Shown piece after piece: positions 11,118 to 18,475 of a stretch of 64,000 bases of DNA. The stretch lies in NCBI GenBank assembly GCA_037310415.1, contig CP147780.1, positions 480,001-544,000 on the forward strand, written 5' to 3'. Within the stretch, counting starts at the first letter, position 1. The number at the start of each line of letters is the position of its first letter. This stretch comes from Candidatus Atabeyarchaeum deiterrae. Its GTDB lineage: Archaea > Asgardarchaeota > Atabeyarchaeia > Atabeyarchaeales > Atabeyarchaeaceae. A model generated the notes under the pieces. That model saw only the letters and a program-made list of their open reading frames with translations. It was not told the origin of the DNA and made no database searches. A program made the translations under genes and the position numbers.

Positions 11118-11202
11118 TTTCCCTAATCCCCAATTACAGTTAGAGGAGGCTAGAGATATACCTTCCTAGCTATGGTACATTCCCCTCTCCCGCCTTTCGG
11201 CA

Positions 11203-11421
11203 TCAATGCTTTAGTGTCTCTTCGGCACATTTTCGTGCCTCGTCAGCTTTAATTTTCTTAATTTTCTGGAAAATCTGATTTCCCTTAAGATTAAGCGCCC
11301 TAATTTCAGAGATCGGTTTTCCTCTCTCCGTCGCCTTTAATGCTTCATTCTCAACCGACACATATTCATTATTCAACCTTTCAATTCTTTTACATTCATC
11401 TGACTTCTTATGTTGCGTCAT
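11203..11421 (-). CDS. Element-encoded small basic helical protein
   Basis: 72-aa ORF with a strong GGAGGAGGTG SD-like sequence upstream. Confidence 0.7.
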   Translation of the reverse strand: MTQHKKSDECKRIERLNNEYVSVENEALKATERGKPISEIRALNLKGNQIFQKIKKIKADEARKCAEETLKH

Positions 11422-11748
11422 ACTGTACCACCTCCTCCACCTCTATCAACCAAGGCTAGTATTGCTTGAAGATCATTTACGACTTTTTTCTTTTCACATT
11501 CAGATATAGAGGTTATCAGTCAGCTTATCGAAAGGGCTGATAACCGTGTACCGCCCTTCGACATCCTGACATCTAAGGTGTAATATCTCATGAGATAATT
11601 AATCCGAATAATCCGAAAATACCTAACCCCCTACCCGTCCCCTAAGTAATAACTAGCATAATAATAGCACCATAATGTACATGCCACATCATAACCTGAC
11701 AGCTTGGGGTGTAATTCCCTAGCGGGAATTTTCCGATTTATCCCCTAT

Positions 11749-11904
11749 TTAATTGAAAAATACCTTTGCCGTCCGACAGCCACATTCACACTTCAAGAAA
11801 ACCGTGTCCATCATCGAGCCCTTTTTGACATTGGCAATATTCATCCACCGCCCGCATCGATGGCATTCTACCAATAGAGTTGAATAGTCTTCCAAATCCG
11901 ACAT
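11749..11904 (-). CDS. Element-encoded Zn-ribbon microprotein (51 aa)
   Basis: Manual translation MSDLEDYSTLLVECHRCGRWMNIANVKKGSMMDTVFLKCECGCRTAKVFFN; CxxC...CxC; GGAGG upstream. Confidence 0.7.
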   Translation of the reverse strand: MSDLEDYSTLLVECHRCGRWMNIANVKKGSMMDTVFLKCECGCRTAKVFFN

Positions 11905-11949
11905 TATCCCCGCCTCCCCCTTTCCTTACCATATTCATCTCACCAATGA

Positions 11950-12390
11950 TCATTGAAGTGGAATTACCTTATCAGCAAATCTCTTACCCATCCGTATTAT
12001 GACTTTATTAACCAACAAAAGATAAGTTTTCAAAAACTCCGTATAATACCTTCTATTCGACTTATCATTCGCAAGATTATCTTGAAGTTCATTCCAAGAG
12101 CCTGTCAATGTCTTCATATCAGCCTTATCCTCGAGATACATGCAAGACTGTACCACATCAGTAAGCAACATTTCATCCAACTCAAGAAAAACATTGCCAT
12201 CATAGTTTACCTTACCATCCAAAACACTGTTTACAAATTCTATTTTATCTAGAACAGTATGAATTGCTTTGCACCAGCCGTCATAAATCCACAACTCATT
12301 CTTAATCATTTTAATGACATGATCAATTCTCTTTTTTAGAACCTTGTCGATATCCATGCTTCTCGCTTCCCAGTCATACCCAATGCACAT
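11950..12390 (-). CDS. Element-encoded hypothetical helical protein
   Basis: 146-aa ORF in the operon-like run. Confidence 0.7.
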   Translation of the reverse strand: MCIGYDWEARSMDIDKVLKKRIDHVIKMIKNELWIYDGWCKAIHTVLDKIEFVNSVLDGKVNYDGNVFLELDEMLLTDVVQSCMYLEDKADMKTLTGSWNELQDNLANDKSNRRYYTEFLKTYLLLVNKVIIRMGKRFADKVIPLQ

Positions 12391-12413
12391 ACTCTATCAG
12401 TAATTCCGCTCCC

Positions 12414-13286
12414 TTAACCAAGATCAATATTGTGATCCAGTCTTAACCGTTTTACTACTTGTTTAGGTAATGCCCTGATAGCTACATCCCGATTCTTACC
12501 ACCCTTTGGAGGGATATAGACCTCACGATAAGCTGAGAATAACAATATCCCTTTTTGACCTTCATCCGCTTTAACGTATTTGTAATGCCAATCTTTTACA
12601 CCGACTTTTACACACGTCCCGAAACGATCCAGACTTTTCTTGAAAATAGGAGTTCTCTTAGAAGGCTCTTCTTCAGCTTGAGCATCGACCTTCTCTAGTT
12701 GTGCGCTCTGTGATGCTCTATCTTCTGAGATTAGCTTCTTCAATTCTGATCCCGACAACTTACAAGGCTCTTTTTCCTTCTCCCCCTTAGATTTTACATA
12801 ACACAGATAAAACGGTTTACCGCCTTTATGAGCTTCGACATTACAGTAACCACCATTAGCCCTAGCCCACTGATCCGCCAATGCCTTATTAGAAAATTCA
12901 CTATATGGCTTATCGACACGATCCAAACTAGGATCAGAGTGTTTACCTTCTTTCATCATCCGCCAGAGATTGAATGTCCTGACTTCGTCCCTAGGTACAC
13001 CCTTTAAATCCTTTCTTTCGTCACCTTCTTCAGTTAGCCAGTACCGCCAAGTTTTATACTTCTCAGCATATTTAGGATCATTTTTACACCCCTCATCAAA
13101 AATCGATTGTTTCCAAATTATATACTTTCTTGGTCTGATGTGTCCCCTGACTCCTTTGATAATCTTATTCGCTTTTATAAAATCCTTCTTTAGCTTCATG
13201 AACTCTCTGAGAGTCCTAGGATTCGGTACGCAGGCATCACTAACCTGCGGTATATCTAAACGTTTCAACTTTTTCACTTTCGACAT
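12414..13286 (-). CDS. Element-encoded basic 290-aa protein (candidate nucleic-acid-binding/replication protein)
   Basis: Very Lys/Arg-rich, GGGAGGT SD, downstream of a repeat-rich non-coding region; no family recognised. Confidence 0.7.
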   Translation of the reverse strand: MSKVKKLKRLDIPQVSDACVPNPRTLREFMKLKKDFIKANKIIKGVRGHIRPRKYIIWKQSIFDEGCKNDPKYAEKYKTWRYWLTEEGDERKDLKGVPRDEVRTFNLWRMMKEGKHSDPSLDRVDKPYSEFSNKALADQWARANGGYCNVEAHKGGKPFYLCYVKSKGEKEKEPCKLSGSELKKLISEDRASQSAQLEKVDAQAEEEPSKRTPIFKKSLDRFGTCVKVGVKDWHYKYVKADEGQKGILLFSAYREVYIPPKGGKNRDVAIRALPKQVVKRLRLDHNIDLG

Positions 13287-13576
13287 ATGCTTACTACCTC
13301 CCGATCCCCCTTCTCCTATTCTACCCTATCCCCCTTGATGTAAGGGATTGATGTAAGGGTTCAATCGCTAGGGGATTGATGTGTCCCTTAACCCCAACAA
13401 TCCTCTTGAGGATAATCGAGAAGAAAAGAGAAAGATTATCCTAAAGAAAGAATAGAAAGAAAGGGTTTTGAAAGAGAAAAGAAATGATATTTCCTTTCTT
13501 TTTCTTTTACTTGTTTTTGAATAATCACCTTGTTTTAGTTTCTCTCATACCTCCCTCAAAGGAAAGAAAAAGAAAA

Positions 13577-13776
13577 CGTATCTTCTCCCTTTCGTAAAAA
13601 GATACGAAGTCGGCTAGTTCAAAGGGAGGAAAACTAACCGACTATTACAAGCCTTTCCTTAGCCTGCGCCTTGTGGATTGAACTTGTAACCGTAAAGGCA
13701 CGATCTCACTTGGAGCAAACTAGAGATCGTACCTATGCTTGGATGGATCACCACCGACTAGTGTGGTGAACTAGTC
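13577..13776 (-). ncRNA. Candidate structured RNA (or single-strand origin) inside the element
   Basis: Five consecutive stem-loops; non-Watson-Crick pairs in three stems are G-U only on the minus strand; loop complementarities; followed by a U-rich tract. Confidence 0.55.
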
Positions 13777-13787
13777 AGGGATGACTT

Positions 13788-14228
13788 TTACTGTCTAGCG
13801 TACTGACCAATTAGATATACAGCGCAAGAATAGATAGCCATCACGACAGCGAGCACAATAACGATCATGCTGAAAATCAATCCATCCATCGAATTGAATA
13901 TAGCCATCGAGATGCCTCCAGTTAAAATACCGTACATAAAGTATCCCCCCGCGATAGCTAGACCTGTAACAGCTCCAGCGCTAGCGCCAGCCTTTGCAGA
14001 GTTTTGTCCCGCAAGCCCCGCAATGATAGCGCCAAATACTATACCTCCTATGCAGAGAGCTAGCAGTATCCAATCGTACATAAAGACCGAGATAAACCCA
14101 GTCAATCCAAAGACCACAAAGTAGATTCCCAAAGGTACGATAGTTATGAACGATGTCCCTAAGCTTGCTAGTGCTCCTGCAATATCTTGAGAACTAACCA
14201 TAACCTGATCACTCTCCCCAAACATCAT
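13788..14228 (-). CDS. Element-encoded Gly/Ala-rich multi-pass membrane protein (candidate virion/envelope protein)
   Basis: 146 aa, almost entirely hydrophobic helices. Confidence 0.75.
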   Translation of the reverse strand: MMFGESDQVMVSSQDIAGALASLGTSFITIVPLGIYFVVFGLTGFISVFMYDWILLALCIGGIVFGAIIAGLAGQNSAKAGASAGAVTGLAIAGGYFMYGILTGGISMAIFNSMDGLIFSMIVIVLAVVMAIYSCAVYLIGQYARQ

Positions 14229-14266
14229 AGTGTTTGAGACTCACATTTTTTGATGACTTCATAAAT

Positions 14267-14404
14267 CTAGTCAGAATGAAACCATTTCAGGATTTTAGAT
14301 CGCTTCTCTCTCCAATCTTTTCCAGAGATTTCACGATCCAGATATTGTTTATTCAAAATACGTAAAGCCTTAATCCGATCCCTTCGTGTTTTGTACCCGC
14401 CCAC
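14267..14404 (-). CDS. Element-encoded SHOCT-like microprotein (45 aa)
   Basis: Manual translation MGGYKTRRDRIKALRILNKQYLDREISGKDWREKRSKILKWFHSD; GTG start with GGTGAT SD; L..L......IS..(E/D)...K...IL pattern. Confidence 0.5.
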   Translation of the reverse strand: MGGYKTRRDRIKALRILNKQYLDREISGKDWREKRSKILKWFHSD

Positions 14405-14510
14405 GTTTATCACCTTTGAAGTATTTCAATAACCGAAAGCCGACACACTTAGGATCAGAGCCATCACAGACATTGACCTTATACACTTTATCGGATTTTG
14501 ACTTTGACAT
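14370..14510 (-). CDS. Element-encoded basic microprotein (46 aa)
   Basis: Manual translation MSKSKSDKVYKVNVCDGSDPKCVGFRLLKYFKGDKRGRVQNTKGSD; starts 6 nt after the preceding stop. Confidence 0.45.
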   Translation of the reverse strand: MSKSKSDKVYKVNVCDGSDPKCVGFRLLKYFKGDKRGRVQNTKGSD

Positions 14511-14516
14511 TCTAGA

Positions 14517-14939
14517 TCATCCCCCAGTTTTCCATAGAAGTGACCAGTTAGCACTATTCCCAAATATGAGAGCTAGGACAACTAGAATGATCATGAAGGC
14601 AAACTCTCCGAGCGCCCCCCACTGAGCATTTAGTAAACTTAAACCGATTCCGACAAATCCAAATAAGATCAAGCTAGCCGTAACCACCATCACGGCTATT
14701 GTACCGCCCAGTATAGCGGTTTGTAGTTTACTATCAAAGAGCCACAGACCGACTAGTACCACAAATATGATAATGCTAACACTAGCTACTATCGCCCATA
14801 TGTTCATACAGAGATAGTTAAGGTAAATTCCGATCACTCCAGTGATCAGAGCAATCGCTAGGGGAGGCATTGTAATCAACATGATGATCGATCCGATAAC
14901 CCGCCTAAGTATATCTTGCCAATCTATATTCTCAAACAT
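14517..14939 (-). CDS. Element-encoded multi-pass membrane protein
   Basis: 140 aa, ~4 TM helices, AGGTGA SD. Confidence 0.75.
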   Translation of the reverse strand: MFENIDWQDILRRVIGSIIMLITMPPLAIALITGVIGIYLNYLCMNIWAIVASVSIIIFVVLVGLWLFDSKLQTAILGGTIAVMVVTASLILFGFVGIGLSLLNAQWGALGEFAFMIILVVLALIFGNSANWSLLWKTGG

Positions 14940-14953
14940 GATCTATATCACCT

Positions 14954-15307
14954 TCACAAATGCCAGACCTGACCTAGTAATCCCCCAAACCAAGTCGCTA
15001 AATCGTCCCCAAATCTAAGCCAGTCGTCCGCCATCAAAATGACACCGATCACCAAAAACACCAAGACGAAAATGTTGAATTTTCCATTTCGAATGAACCA
15101 AAAGACCATCACAAAAGTCATGATAAACCCCGTCATGCCATGATGCCAATGAAACGTCCCGACCTGAATATTGAAAAGAGCCAGAAGACCATTCCAAACA
15201 CCTACTAGTAATTCGACTCCCCCGATCATGAACGTGATCAACGTAGTGATCGCTAGTGCTGTCCCAAGATAGACTAACATCTTATTTTTGAAATTCCACT
15301 TTATCAT
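14954..15307 (-). CDS. Element-encoded ~3-TM protein with HWHH and DD motifs
   Basis: FHWHHGMTG...GVILMADD; GGAGG SD. Confidence 0.75.
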   Translation of the reverse strand: MIKWNFKNKMLVYLGTALAITTLITFMIGGVELLVGVWNGLLALFNIQVGTFHWHHGMTGFIMTFVMVFWFIRNGKFNIFVLVFLVIGVILMADDWLRFGDDLATWFGGLLGQVWHL

Positions 15308-15346
15308 AGCAATCCTCCCCCGATGCCCTGACCTGACAAAAAGAGT

Positions 15347-15514
15347 TTACTTATCGCAAGGCTCTACAATTAAAAACTTAGTCTTAGGATCGACTTTGAT
15401 CTTCATACATTGATGATCGTGTATGTTAGCTTCTTCCGCTATTTTGGTCGGTATATACAATGCCTTGCCGTATTTGCTTATTGGGTACAACTTACCTTTA
15501 CCTTCGTTCGTCAA
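15347..15514 (-). CDS. AbrB/MazE/SpoVT-like DNA-binding microprotein (55 aa)
   Basis: Manual translation MTNEGKGKLYPISKYGKALYIPTKIAEEANIHDHQCMKIKVDPKTKFLIVEPCDK; TTG start with GAGGTGA SD; swapped-hairpin pattern (LYIP..IA...I.....V....LIVEP). Confidence 0.7.
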   Translation of the reverse strand: MTNEGKGKLYPISKYGKALYIPTKIAEEANIHDHQCMKIKVDPKTKFLIVEPCDK

Positions 15515-15551
15515 AATAGATCACCTCTCTTCTAACCAGTACTACAGTAAA

Positions 15552-15603
15552 GAGTTAATATACTAGAAAATTAACTCCGCCCGCCTACTTATATACTAGA
15601 AAA
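15552..15603 (-). promoter_or_regulatory. Candidate promoter/operator of the element's membrane-protein operon
   Basis: 13-bp direct repeat ATATACTAGAAAA (15558-15570, 15591-15603) plus inverted repeat GAGTTAAT/ATTAACTC (15552-15559, 15570-15577). Confidence 0.55.
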
Positions 15604-15635
15604 CGTTCCATTCCAAAAAATAAGAAATAGAGGTT

Positions 15636-16052
15636 TTACCGTTCCCCTTTCAGTATCGCCTCTTTCCTTGCTCTGCTTTTTGACTTGCTTCTCTTTCCCT
15701 TCTTCGTTTTCGCCTCAAGCTTCAGTATCCGTTCAAGCAAACCAACATCACTTTGAGCAGCATGAAGTGTGCTCTTACTACTCCTATAATTTTCCCAGAT
15801 CACACCGATCATAAATGGAACGAAGATTTGACCAAATTTGAACAACGCATTAACATATGCTATAGGTATGCCAGATATTGTGATATTTGCAAATGGATAT
15901 TCCATAGCCCTAAACGCCACAGAATCAAATGTTGAAGAGAACACAACAAGAAAAACAACTGCAAAAACAGTAAAAATCACATTTCCTAGAAGAAAAATCC
16001 TATTCCTATGTCTCCACTTTTCAAACAGTTCCTCAATACTTTTCTTCTCCAT
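15636..16052 (-). CDS. Element-encoded 2-TM protein with basic C-terminal tail
   Basis: Two hydrophobic segments; KTKKGKRSKSKSRARK tail. Confidence 0.7.
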   Translation of the reverse strand: MEKKSIEELFEKWRHRNRIFLLGNVIFTVFAVVFLVVFSSTFDSVAFRAMEYPFANITISGIPIAYVNALFKFGQIFVPFMIGVIWENYRSSKSTLHAAQSDVGLLERILKLEAKTKKGKRSKSKSRARKEAILKGER

Positions 16053-16098
16053 TTACTTCTATTCCCCTTTGACTCCCCCCATTCTTGCTTCACCGTCT

Positions 16099-16929
16099 TC
16101 ATGCTTTTGGTGTTACGATAATGGCGAGTTCAGGCTCCGTAGTCAATACAGGAGGTACAAATTTCAGCTTGAATTTTGGTTTCTCATCTTTCATTAGTTT
16201 AATCGAAGAGCTTTTCTCATCATAATAGTATAACAGGATTTTTCTGCTCCTCATCAAGAAACTGACGATATGAGAGATTGCGGATTCATTATGCGCACGA
16301 TCTTGCTCTTGGAATCCAGCTTGCTTACCAAGTTTGACTCGGATATCAGTTTCAATCTCAGCTTTAATCACTGGATAAACATCCTTGGAAAACTCTTTCA
16401 CGTTCTTGCCCTCTGTGAGGATTACTGGAAGATCAAACTCAGACGATGTCACTGCTAATTTCTTCATCTTGGATAACAAGTAGAGCACTTCGTCACGTTC
16501 AAGCTTCCATTTCTCGTTTTCGTCATAAGCCTGTTCCCCGTACAAACATGTTAGCACAAAGTTGACCGTACCCAATCTATCCGACATAAATAAGTAATAA
16601 ACTGTCCATGCTATGAAAGCAAGCAACCCGACAAGGAAGGGATCGAAGTAACTTCGCAAAAACGCAATTGCGGCAAACATGCCTACTAAGACGGTAACTG
16701 AACCAACCCTTCTCTGCACGTATTCACTCTTCCAGTCTTTTAGTGATGCATAATACGCTCTTTTCTTATCTTCATCTGCAAACCAAAAGAATGTTTTTTC
16801 ACGAAACCAAAATTCTTCCAAATGTTGATTCATTTTCTTTGGATAGTATGAGAAGAACATGCGCCCGCCCACATACCACAGTAGGCTTAATAGGATTTCT
16901 ATCCTGACAAACACAATGAAGGTTATCAC
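16099..16929 (-). CDS. Element-encoded membrane protein with soluble C-terminal domain
   Basis: N-terminal TM helices and a ~150-aa soluble tail; no Walker A motif. Confidence 0.7.
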   Translation of the reverse strand: MITFIVFVRIEILLSLLWYVGGRMFFSYYPKKMNQHLEEFWFREKTFFWFADEDKKRAYYASLKDWKSEYVQRRVGSVTVLVGMFAAIAFLRSYFDPFLVGLLAFIAWTVYYLFMSDRLGTVNFVLTCLYGEQAYDENEKWKLERDEVLYLLSKMKKLAVTSSEFDLPVILTEGKNVKEFSKDVYPVIKAEIETDIRVKLGKQAGFQEQDRAHNESAISHIVSFLMRSRKILLYYYDEKSSSIKLMKDEKPKFKLKFVPPVLTTEPELAIIVTPKA

Positions 16930-17058
16930 GCTAATTGCTACTATGAAGAAATCGACTATGAATAACTTCAGATTACCTGCGCCACCTATATCTTCTAATC
17001 ACAGAATGATAGAGCAAATGCATTCTTAAATCTTCCATTACGCAAGCGCTAACTTTGG

Positions 17059-18345
17059 CTAGTGGGTTTTCTCGGCTCTCTTCTTAACCTTATCTAGCGT
17101 TTCCTTTTCGATCCCCTGAGCCGATTTATAGTACTCCTCACTTTCCTTCTCTTCTTGCTTTTCTAGCTCCTCAGCTTTTTCGTACGGCGCCTCTCTCCCT
17201 AGTTCCTTCGATAGTGTGTTGACATGCATTTGTAATCCGATTACTGCGCTCAACATCTCTTTTCTCGTTTTCTCGTTTTCTTCTCTTAACTTGGTGATAA
17301 TGTCTTTTAGATCGCCTACTTCTTTTCCCAGATGGTTACCGTTCAGGTTTATGCTAATGTATATCTCCCGCTTTGCGTACTCTTCCCTGACAATATCTGC
17401 TTGCTCACGCTGATAGACCTCAGCTAGTTCCCCGATACTATGCCCTAACAAAAAGTCAACCATTCCAGTCGGCATCGCATGAGATGCCATTACCGATCCA
17501 AATGACTCCCGAAGAGCATGAGGATTTACTCCCTCAACTTTAACATCTTTAGGAATCAACCCCGCCCTAATTCCTATATCTCTCAAGTTTTTCTGTACTG
17601 ACTGCGTTTCGATTCTCTCTTTACTCGACAGCTTGTCTTTAAGGAATAACGGATCACTTGATCCTAGTGTTATGCCCTTACTCTGAAGATCAGTCAGATA
17701 GTTGTTTATTGCATCAATCGCATTTCGCCCGATAAACGTATAGAAATCTGTCCCGCTTTTCTCTCGGTATAGATCAATCTTTAGCGGACTCTCCCCCGCA
17801 TTCAATCCTTTTTCAACCTGACCATAGTTGATACTGCAACAAGTACTAACATCCATCCCACCTTGAAACAGAGTTAGGATTATTGCCTTATCTCTTAGAT
17901 TGAGAGTAAAGTCAACTAGCCTTTTCACATCGCTTGTAGTTAAAAGAGCACGCTTATGAGTGACCTTAGGCTTTGGTAATTTACTATGCCCTTTCAACCT
18001 GACCATTAGATCAAAAGTACCATAGAAAGACCTTATAGCTCCAGTCCACTGACTAGCTTGCTTGGGAGTATATCCCTTAGTTCCATCCTTCCGTACAGCA
18101 TCTTTCAGCATCCAGTTATGAAACCCGATCAATCTCTGCTTAAGTATATTCTCTCTCTGCCTGACATCCTTCTTTGAATCTTCGATAGCCTCATCGATTA
18201 GCTCTGTCGGATTCTTGCCCGCATACTCGATAAACCGTAATAGAGCACTAACATAAGCTTTGAAGGTATTAGCCTTCGTTATCTCACTTAGCCATTTCCT
18301 AGACTCTGGATATTTGTCTAAACCCTTAAAATCAGATTGGCTCAT
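17059..18345 (-). CDS. Tyrosine recombinase/integrase with C-terminal coiled coil
   Basis: N-terminal core-binding-like domain, RDKAIILTL box, REK, HALR, LLGH, VY; GMD in place of the usual GxR. Confidence 0.92.
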   Translation of the reverse strand: MSQSDFKGLDKYPESRKWLSEITKANTFKAYVSALLRFIEYAGKNPTELIDEAIEDSKKDVRQRENILKQRLIGFHNWMLKDAVRKDGTKGYTPKQASQWTGAIRSFYGTFDLMVRLKGHSKLPKPKVTHKRALLTTSDVKRLVDFTLNLRDKAIILTLFQGGMDVSTCCSINYGQVEKGLNAGESPLKIDLYREKSGTDFYTFIGRNAIDAINNYLTDLQSKGITLGSSDPLFLKDKLSSKERIETQSVQKNLRDIGIRAGLIPKDVKVEGVNPHALRESFGSVMASHAMPTGMVDFLLGHSIGELAEVYQREQADIVREEYAKREIYISINLNGNHLGKEVGDLKDIITKLREENEKTRKEMLSAVIGLQMHVNTLSKELGREAPYEKAEELEKQEEKESEEYYKSAQGIEKETLDKVKKRAEKTH

Positions 18346-18417
18346 ACTACCATATCGCCCCTTTCACTATCTGATAGAGTAATAAGGCAATATAGTTATT
18401 TAACCATATCGTATTGG

Positions 18418-18427
18418 TAAGTTAATT
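18418..18427. repeat. Candidate att core, right copy (TAAGTTAATT)
   Basis: Matches 10570-10579; ~70 bp upstream of the integrase start. Confidence 0.55.
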
Positions 18428-18475
18428 TATGAATGTTTGCGATGTGAGTTAGGAATCTAGAGTTATTAAGATGTC

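Larger units (their letters stand above)
10570..18427 (-). mobile_element. Integrated element (provirus/satellite/plasmid-like), ~7.85 kb
   Basis: Terminal tyrosine integrase, co-oriented orphan genes all on the minus strand, visibly more AT-rich than the flanks (not computed), 10-bp direct repeat TAAGTTAATT at both ends, inserted between two divergent housekeeping genes. Confidence 0.85.

Noticed and set aside
16099-16929. Inovirus pI/Zot-like or pleolipovirus ATPase in the element
   Set aside because: No Walker A/B motif found in any ORF of the element.
18380-18430. Chromosomal dif site as the integration target
   Set aside because: The region is AT-rich with partial dyad symmetry, but I could not fit a convincing 11-6-11 inverted-repeat structure.
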